Source of the DNA: an uncultured archaeon
GTDB lineage: Archaea > Aenigmatarchaeota > Aenigmatarchaeia > PWEA01 > JAGHBM01
NCBI GenBank assembly: GCA_964476295.1
Contig: CAYYYO010000001.1
Location: 7,482 to 39,633 of the forward strand
Reading direction: 5' to 3'
DNA length: 32,152 nt
Part shown: positions 1 to 8,346 of the stretch, in pieces
Numbering within the stretch: the first letter of the stretch is position 1
How the letters are laid out: the number at the start of each line of letters is the position of its first letter
Notes under the pieces: generated by a model
What the model was told of the DNA's origin: nothing
Database searches by the model: none
Seen by the model: the letters and a program-made list of their open reading frames with translations, nothing else
Translations under genes and position numbers: made by a program

Positions 1-482
1 TCTATATGAAAGCTCACAGAGCCGGGTATATGCCCTGCGTCATAAACTCCAATGGAAGTTTTTCCTATGTAGAACTGCTGACCGTATGTTATCCTGTACT
101 CATTCTTTTCCATAACTTTGAGGTCTTTTGTAAAAAAATGTTTCTCCTGGTTTCTCAGGTCAGCAAGTTTTATGCTGTCCTTTAGCAGAATTCTTGCAAG
201 GTCAAGGGTTGTTGCTGTAGTGTATGTTGGCCCCCTGTAACCGCGATGGTAAAGGTTGGGGACAAAACCAGAATGGTCAAGGTGCGCATGAGAAAGCAGG
301 ATGGCATCAAAATTCAGATTTGGTTTAAGTGGAAGTTTTGGCTCCTGAAGCGGTCCTTCTGCCTGACTGACAATTTTTATGCCATAATCCATCAGCATTC
401 TTTCAGAGCCGGTATCGAGGAGAACTCCCGACCTTCCAACTTCTCTGGCCCCTCCAAGAAATTTCAGATTCATAACAAACAT
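1..482 (-). CDS. Metallo-beta-lactamase fold / beta-CASP-type nuclease (archaeal CPSF2-like). Only the N-terminal ~160 codons are present; the 3' end lies beyond the left window edge.
   Basis: Manual reverse-complement translation from ATG at 482 stays open to position 1: MFVMNLKFLGGAREVGRSGVLLDTGSERMLMDYG...AILLSHAHLDHSGFVPNLY...GVYDAGHIPGSVSFHI. It carries MBL motif 2 HxHxDH (HAHLDH) and motif 3 (DAGHIPGS). The LGGAREVGRS start is typical of archaeal CPSF-like nucleases. It is absent from the ORF track because there is no stop in the window. The 246..524 + ORF is its antisense shadow. Confidence 0.75.
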   Translation of the reverse strand, partial: MFVMNLKFLGGAREVGRSGVLLDTGSERMLMDYGIKIVSQAEGPLQEPKLPLKPNLNFDAILLSHAHLDHSGFVPNLYHRGYRGPTYTTATTLDLARILLKDSIKLADLRNQEKHFFTKDLKVMEKNEYRITYGQQFYIGKTSIGVYDAGHIPGSVSFHI

Positions 483-512
483 CCTCTTTATATCTTTTTA
501 ATCTGTTTTATG

Positions 513-526
513 AAATATAAATAAAA
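513..526. promoter_or_regulatory. AT-rich TATA-like element in the 62-nt divergent spacer between the MBL nuclease gene and tyrS
   Basis: AAATATAAATAAAA lies about 25-35 nt upstream of the tyrS start candidates (GTG 545 / ATG 551), which is archaeal TATA-box distance for a short or absent leader. This is a sequence pattern only. Confidence 0.3.
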
Positions 527-544
527 AAGGTTAAACTTATAGCG

Positions 545-1612
545 GTGAGTATGAATATTGAAAGAAGGTTAAATCTGATAAAGGAAGTTGGAGAAGAAAT
601 AATAACAGAAAGAGATTTGACAGAATTGCTTAAAGAAAAGAAGCATCCCGTCGCATATGATGGATTTGAGCCATCAGGAAGGATGCATTTGGCTCAAGGG
701 GTCCTTAGAGCAATAAATATCAACAAAATGATTGAAGCTGGTTGCAAATTCAAGATGTTAATTGCGGACTGGCATGCATGGGCCAACAATAAGATGGGCG
801 GGGATCTGGAAAAAATACAAACAGTTGGAAAATACTTCATAGAGGTATGGAAAGCTTGCGGACTGAAGGATATTGAGTTCTTATGGTCAAATAACATTGT
901 TAATGATAAAAATTATTGGAGAACGGTTATGAACGTGGCGCGTAACAACACTGTTAAAAGAATTACAAGGTGCGCACAAATAATGGGCAGGCGTGAAAGT
1001 GAATCTTTATCAGCCGCACAAATAATTTATCCATGCATGCAGGTGGCTGACATATTTTATCTGAATGCTGATATTGCACAGCTTGGAATGGATCAGAGAA
1101 AAGTCAATGTGCTTGCAAGAGAAATTGGAGAAAAAATAGGTTTTTGGAAGCCCGTTGTAGTATCACATCATATGTTGATGGGCCTGAAAAAGCCGCCGGC
1201 AGGAAAAAATACGGTGGAAAGGGCTATTGAAATGAAAATGTCAAAATCGAAGCCAGACAGTGCTATTTTTATGGATGACTTGGAGGAGGATGTGAAGAGA
1301 AAAATAAACAAAGCATACTGCCCTGAGAAAGATACGGATAACCCCATTCTCGAGTACTGCAGATATATAATATTCCAGAGATTCAAAAAAATGAAGATAG
1401 AAAGGCCTGAAAAGTTTGGCGGTGACATGGAATTTGAAAATTACATGGAACTTGAAGATGCTTACAGAAAGGGGGAATTACATCCAATGGACTTGAAGAA
1501 GGCCGTGGCCCTTTACATAAACGAAATTTTGAAGCCCGTGAGAAAACATTTTGAGAAAGATGAAAACGCTGAACTTTTGAAAAAAGTTAGAAGTTGGTGT
1601 AAAAATGCTTGA
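545..1612 (+). CDS. tyrS: Tyrosyl-tRNA synthetase, archaeal type
   Basis: The class I signatures are present: the HIGH-region equivalent FEPSGRMHLAQG and KMSKS (KMSKSKP). Blocks recalled from Methanocaldococcus jannaschii TyrRS are present: IIYPCMQVADIFYL, MDQRKVNVLARE, KAYCP, RPEKFGGD, ELHPMDLK. The start may be ATG 551 rather than GTG 545. Confidence 0.93.
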   Translation: MSMNIERRLNLIKEVGEEIITERDLTELLKEKKHPVAYDGFEPSGRMHLAQGVLRAININKMIEAGCKFKMLIADWHAWANNKMGGDLEKIQTVGKYFIEVWKACGLKDIEFLWSNNIVNDKNYWRTVMNVARNNTVKRITRCAQIMGRRESESLSAAQIIYPCMQVADIFYLNADIAQLGMDQRKVNVLAREIGEKIGFWKPVVVSHHMLMGLKKPPAGKNTVERAIEMKMSKSKPDSAIFMDDLEEDVKRKINKAYCPEKDTDNPILEYCRYIIFQRFKKMKIERPEKFGGDMEFENYMELEDAYRKGELHPMDLKKAVALYINEILKPVRKHFEKDENAELLKKVRSWCKNA

Positions 1613-2882
1613 TATAAACCTCATAAGGAACGAACCGGAGATGGTCAAAGAGAATTTGAAAAGAAGGGGCAATCCTGAATATCTTAAAATGTTAGATGAA
1701 CTCCTGAAAAAAGATAAGGAATGGAGAGAACTTAAAACAAAGAACCAGGAACTCCAGCACAAAAGAAATGTCCTGAGCAAAAAGATAGGGGAGGCCAAAG
1801 CTAAAGGAGAAAGTTTGAAAAAAGAGATGAAGGAAGTTGTTGAAATCCGGGAAAGGATAAAGAAAAACAATGAGAAAATTGAAAAACTCAGGAAGGAATG
1901 TGATGTTCTGCTTCTAAAAATACCAAACCTTCTGCACGAATCTGTGCCTCTGGGAAGAGATGAAAAGGATAATATTGAAATTAAAAGATGGGGAGAATCT
2001 CCAAAATTTGACTTTACTCCAAAAAGCCATCTGGAAATAGGAAAAGGGTTAATAGATTTTGAATCGGGAGCAAAAGTAGCAGGAAGTTTATTCACCTGCT
2101 TGAAAGAAGATGTGGTCCTGCTTGATATGGCTATCCAGAAGTTTGCAATAGATTTTCTAAGAGAGAGAGGTTACATGCTTGTGGAGCCACCCTATATGGT
2201 TAACAGGAAAGTTTATGAAGCCATGATTGGCGACCCAACGGACTTTTCTGAGGCCAGTTACAAAATAGAAAACGAGGAGCTTTACCTCATACCAACAGCA
2301 GAGTACCCCCTTGGGGGAATGTTCATGAACATGACTTTCACAAGAGACGAATTGCCAATAAAACTTATTGGCGTGTCATCCTGCTTCAGGAGAGAAGTAG
2401 GAACTCATGGGAAATATGCAAAAGGGCTTTTCAGAATGCATCAGTTTAACAAGGTGGAACAGTTTATAATCTGTCTCCCGGAAGAATCCTATGAGTTTTT
2501 TGAAGAGCTGCAGAGAAATTCCGAGGAACTTTATCAAAAGCTTGGTCTCCATTACAGGGTTGTGAATGTATGCACAGGAGATATTGGAGCAAAGGCGGCA
2601 AAGAAGTATGACATCGAGGCATGGATGGCTGACGGAAAATTCAGGGAAGTTGGTTCAAACTCAAACTGCACTGATTACCAAGCAAGAAGACTGAACATAA
2701 AATACAGGGAAAAGGAAGGGCAACCCCCGAAAGGATTTGTCCACACTTTAAACAATACAGCACTTGCCACATCACGCACCATGATAGCAATTCTGGAGCA
2801 GTACCAGCAGAAAGATGGGAGTGTGAAAATACCTGAAGTTTTGAGGCCATATATGAATGGCAAAAGAGTGATAAAATTTTAA
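1605..2882 (+). CDS. serS: Seryl-tRNA synthetase
   Basis: The protein starts MLDINLIRNEPE and has a Lys/Glu-rich coiled-coil tRNA-binding arm. Class II motifs are present: CFRREVGTHGKYAKGLFRMHQFNKVEQF, GSNSNCTDYQARRLNIKY and HTLNNTALATSRTMIAILE. The ATG overlaps the tyrS stop by 8 nt. Confidence 0.95.
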   Translation: MLDINLIRNEPEMVKENLKRRGNPEYLKMLDELLKKDKEWRELKTKNQELQHKRNVLSKKIGEAKAKGESLKKEMKEVVEIRERIKKNNEKIEKLRKECDVLLLKIPNLLHESVPLGRDEKDNIEIKRWGESPKFDFTPKSHLEIGKGLIDFESGAKVAGSLFTCLKEDVVLLDMAIQKFAIDFLRERGYMLVEPPYMVNRKVYEAMIGDPTDFSEASYKIENEELYLIPTAEYPLGGMFMNMTFTRDELPIKLIGVSSCFRREVGTHGKYAKGLFRMHQFNKVEQFIICLPEESYEFFEELQRNSEELYQKLGLHYRVVNVCTGDIGAKAAKKYDIEAWMADGKFREVGSNSNCTDYQARRLNIKYREKEGQPPKGFVHTLNNTALATSRTMIAILEQYQQKDGSVKIPEVLRPYMNGKRVIKF

Positions 2883-2911
2883 TATAAATAAAAAGAAAAA
2901 TAAATTTTCTT

Positions 2912-3469
2912 ATGAAGGTTTTTAAGAACATTATTATTCAGTCATTGCCAGTTCTATTCATCTGCATATTTGGAGAGATAATCGCGGGCATTTTTTTAAC
3001 AAACATAGAGTCTTATCTAAATGTTCTTCCCGGAATACTAATACTTGTGCCAGCAGTTATGGGAACAAGAGGAAACATACTCGGGACTGTTTCAACAAGA
3101 TTGACCTCTGCTCTCCATCTTGGTACAATTTATCCGCGAATGAGAAAAAATCCGCTCCTGAAGACAAACATCCTTGCGGGGTTTTTCTTAAGCGTTCTCA
3201 TATCTTTTCTGACAGGGGTCGCAGCCCATTTCGCGTGCATCGGTCTTGGCTTTCAGAGCATGGGCATCATTAAGTTTACCTTTATTTCTCTCTTGGCCGG
3301 ATTTCTGTCAGATTCATCGCTCATACTGCTCTCAATTTTCATATGTTTTGCAGCTTTCAAAAAAAATATAGACCCGGACAATATAATAATTCCAACTATA
3401 ACAACAATCAGCGACTTTATGTCCATATTATTTTTGCTATTATCGGTTTACATTGTGCAACTTATTTAA
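2912..3469 (+). CDS. MgtE-like divalent-cation transporter membrane domain protein (stand-alone permease module)
   Basis: The 185-aa product has about 5 hydrophobic segments. It carries MgtE transmembrane-domain signatures PAVMGTRGNILGTVSTRLTSALHLG and DPDNIIIPTITTISDFMSILF (compare the DPA..P.ITT..D block of MgtE). Confidence 0.7.
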   Translation: MKVFKNIIIQSLPVLFICIFGEIIAGIFLTNIESYLNVLPGILILVPAVMGTRGNILGTVSTRLTSALHLGTIYPRMRKNPLLKTNILAGFFLSVLISFLTGVAAHFACIGLGFQSMGIIKFTFISLLAGFLSDSSLILLSIFICFAAFKKNIDPDNIIIPTITTISDFMSILFLLLSVYIVQLI

Positions 3470-3507
3470 ATTATGAGAAATAATAATAAAAAAGTGTGGG
3501 AAAAGTT

Positions 3508-4077
3508 ATGGGAGAGAATGTAAAGGAGCTTTTGGAAGAGCTGAAGAATTTGTCAGAACTTATGCTGGATTTAGCGTATTCTGCTGTATTTTTTGAAAAC
3601 AAAGACATAGCCAAAGAGGTTATGCTTCTTTATGAGAGACTTGAAGATATAGAAGAAAAGCTGTATATGCATTTATTTGCAGTATCCAAAAGGATGTCAA
3701 AAAAACTTATTTCTGTGATAGAATTGGTGGAAACATCCAAGCATGTTGCGGGTGCTGCAAAGAACATTGCTGAAATGATTCTTGACGGCAAATTGCTTCA
3801 TCCAATAATAAAAGAAGCCTTGAAAGAAACAGATGAGTCCATCGTAAGGACCAAGGTTTCAAAAAATTCTATTCTATCAGAAAAAACGCTTGGGGAATTG
3901 AAATTCAGAAGCAACACGGGAATAGATGTTATTGCAATCAGAAGGGGGAAAAAATGGATATTTGACCCAAAAAAGAATACAAGAGTCCAGGCCGGTGATG
4001 TGCTTATTTCGGTTGGCTCATTGGAAAGCTGCGAAAAAGCCAAGGAGATAGCAAGCGGAAAAATTAAAGAAATGTAA
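3508..4077 (+). CDS. PhoU-like / TrkA-C (RCK_C) domain regulatory protein, likely partner of the adjacent MgtE-like permease
   Basis: The N-terminal part is a helical repeat (LLEELKNLSELMLDLAYSAVF..., VIELVETSKHVAGAAKNIAEMIL) of PhoU-like character. The C-terminal part, LGELKFRSNTGIDVIAIRRGKKWIFDPKKNTRVQAGDVLISVGSLESCEKAKE, is a typical TrkA_C/RCK_C domain. The ORF track opens at GTG 3496; I prefer ATG 3508. Confidence 0.65.
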   Translation: MGENVKELLEELKNLSELMLDLAYSAVFFENKDIAKEVMLLYERLEDIEEKLYMHLFAVSKRMSKKLISVIELVETSKHVAGAAKNIAEMILDGKLLHPIIKEALKETDESIVRTKVSKNSILSEKTLGELKFRSNTGIDVIAIRRGKKWIFDPKKNTRVQAGDVLISVGSLESCEKAKEIASGKIKEM

Positions 4078-4112
4078 AAGCTTTAAATTAGTTTGCCTTT
4101 TTCTATTATTAC

Positions 4113-6170
4113 ATGACTGTACTTATAATTTCTGAGAAGCCGAAAGCATCAGAAAGAATAGCCGCTGCTCTTTCAGACGGGAATGTAGAAAAAAAGAAAA
4201 GCGGGAAGGCAGTATGGTTCAGAATAGACATTAATGGAGAGGAAGCTTTTGTTGTTCCTGCAGTGGGGCATTTGTTCTCTTTGAAACAGGGTGGAAACGG
4301 GGGGTGGAAATATCCGGTATGGGAAACAGAATGGGTCCCCATATTTGAAGTGAATAAAAGTTCTGCTTTTTCTAAAGCATATTTTCACAATTTCAAGAAA
4401 CTCAGTGGCGAAGCAGACAGGTTTATTGTAGCAACAGATTACGACTCGGAAGGGTCTGTAATAGGATACAACATACTCAGGTTTATATGCAGAACAGAAA
4501 ATGCAAAAAGGATGAAGTTTTCAACACTAACTGCAGAAGAATTAAGGGAATCTTACAGAAACGCATCTGAAACTCTGGATTTCCCGCAGATAGAAGCCGG
4601 ATTGGTCAGACATGAACTTGACTGGCTGTATGGTATAAACACCTCCCGCGCTCTTACGCTCTCAATCAAGAAAGTCACAAATACATTTAATGTTCTCAGC
4701 ACAGGAAGGGTGCAGGGGCCTACATTGAAGATAGTGGCAAGGAGAGAAGAAGAGATAAAGAAATTTATCCCAAAGCCGTACTGGGAAATTGAAGCTCATC
4801 TTTCGTGCCCTGACAAAGAACGTGTAGTAGCAAAACACAAAGAAGGGAAGCTCTGGGATAAAGGCAAAGCCGAAAAAATTAAAGACAAATGCCAGGGAGA
4901 GAAGGCAATTGTATCTAAAATAAACAAGAGAAAATACAGGCAGAATCCGCCTGTGCCATTTGACCTCACAACCTTGCAGACAGAAGCGTACTCAGCATTT
5001 GGTTTTGTTCCCACGCAAACTCTCGACATAGCTCAGAGTCTCTATGACTCCGGTCTGATATCTTATCCAAGAACATCGAGTCAAAAACTTCCTGCAAAAC
5101 TTGGACTGAAAAATATATTGAAAAAACTGGGCAAACAAAAAGAATACAAAAATTATGCAGAAAAACTCTTAAAGAAATCAAATCTTAAACCCAATGAAGG
5201 AAAAAAAGATGACCCTGCCCATCCTGCAATATTTCCAACAGGAGAAGTTCCAAAAAACCTTAACAAATATGAGGCAAAACTTTATGATTTGATTGTTAGA
5301 AGATTTTTTGCAGTCTTTGGAGAACCTGCTGTAAGAGAGTCAATAAACATAACCTTCGATATAAATGGTGAAGAATTTGTATCAACAGGCAAGAGAACCG
5401 TAGAAAAGAACTGGATAAAATTTTATGAAAAGTATGTGAAATATGAGGAACAGATTCTGCCTGAACTGAAGAAAGGGGATGTCCTTGATGTCCTGGAAAT
5501 TCTGCTTTTAGAAAAAGAGACACAGCCGCCAAACAGGTATAACCAGGCATCATTGGTAAAGGAATTGGAAAAGCTTAATCTCGGGACCAAGGCAACAAGG
5601 GCACAGATAGTAAAAACCCTCTATGACAGAGGTTATATAAAGGGAAAGAAAATAGAGGTAACAGATTTAGGATTTGCCGTTGTGAAAACTTTGGAAAAAT
5701 ACTGTCCGGAAATCCTTTCAGAAGAGCTCACAAGAAAATTTGAAAAGGAAATGGAAAATGTGGAAAGGGGCAAATATAAAAGGGAAAAGGTGATAGAAGA
5801 AGCCAAGAAAACCCTGAAGAAAATACTTGAAGAATTTAAAGCCAATGAAGAAAAAATAGGCGAAGAACTTAAAGATGCTTTGATAAAGACAAGAAACGAT
5901 TCCTATATTCTTGGAGAATGTCCAGAATGTGGAAAAAATCTTAGAATAATAGTATCAAAAGCCACAAAAAAAAGATTTGTGGGGTGTGAGGGGTATAAAG
6001 ATGGATGCAGAGTTTCTTTTCCTCTCCCACAGTATGGAAAAATAGAAGCTGCGGGCAAATGCAAAGAGTGCGGACTCCCTATGATAAAGGTTATAAGAAA
6101 AGGGAAAAGACCTTATACCATGTGCATTGATCCAAAATGCCCAAGCAAGGCAAACTGGAACAAAAAGTGA
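4113..6170 (+). CDS. topA: Type IA DNA topoisomerase (archaeal TopA / Topo III-like) with two C-terminal zinc ribbons
   Basis: Toprim domain motifs are present (LIISEKPKASERIA and ATDYDSEGSVIGYNI), as is GRVQGPTL. The catalytic Tyr context is LISYPRTSSQKLP. The C-terminal region has CPECGKNL...CEGYKDGC and CKECGLPM...CIDPKC. Confidence 0.93.
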   Translation: MTVLIISEKPKASERIAAALSDGNVEKKKSGKAVWFRIDINGEEAFVVPAVGHLFSLKQGGNGGWKYPVWETEWVPIFEVNKSSAFSKAYFHNFKKLSGEADRFIVATDYDSEGSVIGYNILRFICRTENAKRMKFSTLTAEELRESYRNASETLDFPQIEAGLVRHELDWLYGINTSRALTLSIKKVTNTFNVLSTGRVQGPTLKIVARREEEIKKFIPKPYWEIEAHLSCPDKERVVAKHKEGKLWDKGKAEKIKDKCQGEKAIVSKINKRKYRQNPPVPFDLTTLQTEAYSAFGFVPTQTLDIAQSLYDSGLISYPRTSSQKLPAKLGLKNILKKLGKQKEYKNYAEKLLKKSNLKPNEGKKDDPAHPAIFPTGEVPKNLNKYEAKLYDLIVRRFFAVFGEPAVRESINITFDINGEEFVSTGKRTVEKNWIKFYEKYVKYEEQILPELKKGDVLDVLEILLLEKETQPPNRYNQASLVKELEKLNLGTKATRAQIVKTLYDRGYIKGKKIEVTDLGFAVVKTLEKYCPEILSEELTRKFEKEMENVERGKYKREKVIEEAKKTLKKILEEFKANEEKIGEELKDALIKTRNDSYILGECPECGKNLRIIVSKATKKRFVGCEGYKDGCRVSFPLPQYGKIEAAGKCKECGLPMIKVIRKGKRPYTMCIDPKCPSKANWNKK

Positions 6171-6243
6171 AATACCTTTTAATTTTATGTTCTTGGTGAA
6201 ATATAAATTTTTGTTCTAAAGAAAAGAAATCTTTTTATCTCTC

Positions 6244-6254
6244 TTATAAAATAA
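6244..6254 (+). promoter_or_regulatory. TATA-like box upstream of the candidate small Cys-rich ORF
   Basis: TTATAAAATAA lies about 45 nt upstream of ATG 6295. The predicted leader of about 20 nt would contain GGAGG (6283-6287). This is a pattern only. Confidence 0.3.
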
Positions 6255-6294
6255 TTAGTGTGGGTTCTAATTCTACCTCCCCGGAGGCAGGAAT

Positions 6295-6456
6295 ATGGAA
6301 TATTGTGAATTTATCGACAGATGTCCAAAGGCAAATAACTGTCTGGAAAAGAAAAAATGGAACTGTTCCTACTACAAATTTTATACATTAGATTTGCCAT
6401 TCGCAGAAAAAAATTTTCAGCCGGAATATGAAGTTACTTCAATTAAAATAATTTAA
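6295..6456 (+). CDS. Candidate small (53 aa) four-cysteine protein, unannotated by the ORF track (<60 aa)
   Basis: My own translation is MEYCEFIDRCPKANNCLEKKKWNCSYYKFYTLDLPFAEKNFQPEYEVTSIKII, ending at TAA 6454-6456. GGAGG lies 7 nt upstream of the ATG. The ORF sits in the only large convergent gap in the window. The Cys spacing is C-x5-C-x5-C-x7-C. I recognise no family. Confidence 0.3.
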   Translation: MEYCEFIDRCPKANNCLEKKKWNCSYYKFYTLDLPFAEKNFQPEYEVTSIKII

Positions 6457-7129
6457 ATTTCCTTTCAGCTGGAGATATGCCGTCATGGGTTATTTGGAAA
6501 TGAGCTTCTCTTCCTTCCGGGATAGACCTGTGCTTTCTCAGAATGGCAACTCTTCTTCCTTTATCCAGTTTCACAAGTTCTATCAGACATTTTGACCAGT
6601 ATTTTGTTATATCGCGGGAAACCGGTTGGATACCGTTACCATCTGAATAAACCTGATTGGTTATCAGAACTGGTATGTTTTTTTCTCTGGATAATTTGGA
6701 TAAAATTGCAAGCTGGTTTGCAAGTTTCTTGTTTATCTGTTGAAAATTCTTGTCTTCAAGTTCCAGCCTGTAGAGGTTGACAAGAGAATCCAGAACGATC
6801 AACCCAGTATTATCAAGCATTTTATCCAAATCTCTTATGAGTTTATCCTGCTCTTCAAATGTTTTTGGCTCTACGACAATTATGCTTTTTGATACCATAT
6901 CAAAATTTTTGGAAATCTGAGAGAGTCTTTCAGGACTGAAACCTCCTTCCGTGTCTATGTATATTACCTTTTTTCCATTATTTGCACAGGAAACTGAAGC
7001 CAAAAGTGCAATGTTTGTCTTTCCAGAGCCTGGAGGTCCATAGAGGTTTGTAAGAGAGCCATGTTCTATTCCTCCCTCCAATAGTTCATCTAAACATTTA
7101 TTATTGAAAGACAATCTTTTGTTTCTCAT
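6443..7129 (-). CDS. radB: RadB-type RecA/RadA-family recombinase paralog
   Basis: The 228-aa product has the size of a RecA core only. LDELLEGGIEHGSLTNLYGPPGSGKTNIAL contains Walker A, IYIDTEGGFSPERL follows, and Walker B is GLIVLDSLVNLYR. There is no N-terminal HhH domain, which argues for RadB rather than RadA. A KaiC-like alternative is not excluded. Confidence 0.82.
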   Translation of the reverse strand: MRNKRLSFNNKCLDELLEGGIEHGSLTNLYGPPGSGKTNIALLASVSCANNGKKVIYIDTEGGFSPERLSQISKNFDMVSKSIIVVEPKTFEEQDKLIRDLDKMLDNTGLIVLDSLVNLYRLELEDKNFQQINKKLANQLAILSKLSREKNIPVLITNQVYSDGNGIQPVSRDITKYWSKCLIELVKLDKGRRVAILRKHRSIPEGREAHFQITHDGISPAERKFKLF

Positions 7130-7203
7130 AATATATCAAAAAATATTGGAGTCTCAGGTTTAAGTAGTTTAAAAAATTTAAAGAACTGAAAGGAATATAA
7201 TTT

Positions 7204-7470
7204 ATGCTATTTAAAAAAGAAGAAGAAGTTAAGGACCTTGGAGAGGTTGATGTAAGCAATCTGGAGCCAATCACAGAGATAGAAACAGAGAAGATAGATA
7301 ATCCTGATGCAATAAAAGAACTTCCAGAAGACTCAAAAAAATTATTTGAAATTATACTTAAACTTAAAAAAAGAGAGGAACTTTATAACAAAGCGATACT
7401 TGTATTAATCGGGTTGAACCTGTTTCTTACTGCTGTTGTCATATACTTGGGGATAGTGAAAGTTATATGA
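7204..7470 (+). CDS. Hypothetical small tail-anchored membrane protein (acidic N-terminus, single C-terminal TM helix)
   Basis: The 88-aa product has an acidic N-terminal part (EEEVKDLGEVDVSNLEPITEIETEKIDNPD...) followed by AILVLIGLNLFLTAVVIYLGIV. Its stop overlaps the uppP start (ATGA at 7467-7470), suggesting translational coupling. I recognise no family. Confidence 0.5.
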   Translation: MLFKKEEEVKDLGEVDVSNLEPITEIETEKIDNPDAIKELPEDSKKLFEIILKLKKREELYNKAILVLIGLNLFLTAVVIYLGIVKVI

Positions 7471-8252
7471 ATTTGATTGAACCAATTTTATTGGGAATTA
7501 TACAGGGAGTTACTGAATGGCTGCCTGTAAGCAGTGAGGGAATATCTTCACTCGTGATGATGAACTTTTTTGGAAAAAGTTTATCTGAGTCTGTTTTCCT
7601 ATCAATATGGCTTCACACAGGAACTTTGCTTGCTGCCTTGATTTACTTCAGGAAAGATGTCTGGAATTTAGTCAAAAATTTACCAAAGTACTCTTTCAGG
7701 GGCAACGAATACAACGATCTAACAACATTCCTCATCATTTCTACGCTTTTTACAGGACTTGTTGGAGCACCTCTACTTTTGCTTGGCCTCGAAAAAATAG
7801 AAATATCACTAAACTTTGCTATGGTTTTGATAGGAATTTTTCTAATAATTACGGGTCTCGTTCAGAAATTTGGCAAAAAAAAGAAAGGCTTCAAGAGAAA
7901 TCCAAAAATAAATGACTCTGTTATTGTTGGTTTAATTCAGGGATTCGCTGTTCTGCCAGGATTAAGCCGGTCAGGACTTACCATTTCTGCTCTTCTTTTT
8001 AAAAAATACGAAGCAAAAAGTGCATTAAAACTGAGCTTTCTTATGAGCATCCCTGCAGTTTTAGTGGCAGAAGTCGGACTTGGTTTACTGGGAAGAATAA
8101 ACTTCAACATATACTCTCTTGTTGCAATCTCGTTTTCTTTTATTTTTGGACTGGCCACAATCGAAGCTTTAATGAAGGTTGCAAGAAAGATCGACTTTAG
8201 CTGGTTCTGTCTAATTTTGGGATTTCTGGCTGTTATGAGTTTATTTGTATGA
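7467..8252 (+). CDS. uppP: Undecaprenyl-diphosphate phosphatase (BacA/UppP family)
   Basis: Both UppP signature motifs are present: GIIQGVTEWLPVSSEG and LIQGFAVLPGLSRSGLTISALL. The 261-aa product is polytopic. Confidence 0.92.
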   Translation: MNLIEPILLGIIQGVTEWLPVSSEGISSLVMMNFFGKSLSESVFLSIWLHTGTLLAALIYFRKDVWNLVKNLPKYSFRGNEYNDLTTFLIISTLFTGLVGAPLLLLGLEKIEISLNFAMVLIGIFLIITGLVQKFGKKKKGFKRNPKINDSVIVGLIQGFAVLPGLSRSGLTISALLFKKYEAKSALKLSFLMSIPAVLVAEVGLGLLGRINFNIYSLVAISFSFIFGLATIEALMKVARKIDFSWFCLILGFLAVMSLFV

Positions 8253-8282
8253 CCGTGCATTGTCACAGAAGAGGTTGACAGA

Positions 8283-8316
8283 ATGAATATTGTAGATAAG
8301 TTGAAACAATATTCAT
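8283..8316 (+). repeat. Perfect 11-bp inverted repeat (hairpin with 12-nt loop) followed by a T-rich tract. It may be the uppP terminator and/or the left boundary of the AT-rich segment.
   Basis: ATGAATATTGT (8283-8293) and ACAATATTCAT (8306-8316) are exact reverse complements. GTTTATTTATAAG follows, and it may also act as a TATA box for the gene starting at 8347. Confidence 0.5.
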
Positions 8317-8346
8317 GTTTATTTATAAGTTTTTGTAATTGTTATT

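Noticed and set aside
246-524. 92-aa + strand ORF from the supplied track
   Set aside because: It lies entirely antisense to a well-supported MBL/beta-CASP coding frame (HAHLDH and DAGHIPGS motifs on the minus strand). Its product has no recognisable features, so it is a shadow ORF.
1478-2095. 205-aa minus-strand ORF inside tyrS/serS
   Set aside because: Its product is a low-complexity Ser/Phe/Leu-rich translation, typical of the antisense frame of Lys/Glu-rich coding sequence. It fully overlaps two confidently identified aaRS genes.
6262-6290. GGGTTCTAATTC resembling a tRNA T-arm (GGTTCGAATCC), considered as a possible tRNA or tRNA-fragment attachment site
   Set aside because: The flanking bases cannot form a T-stem (GTGGG versus TCTAC). 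No acceptor, D or anticodon arms can be drawn in the AT-rich upstream sequence.
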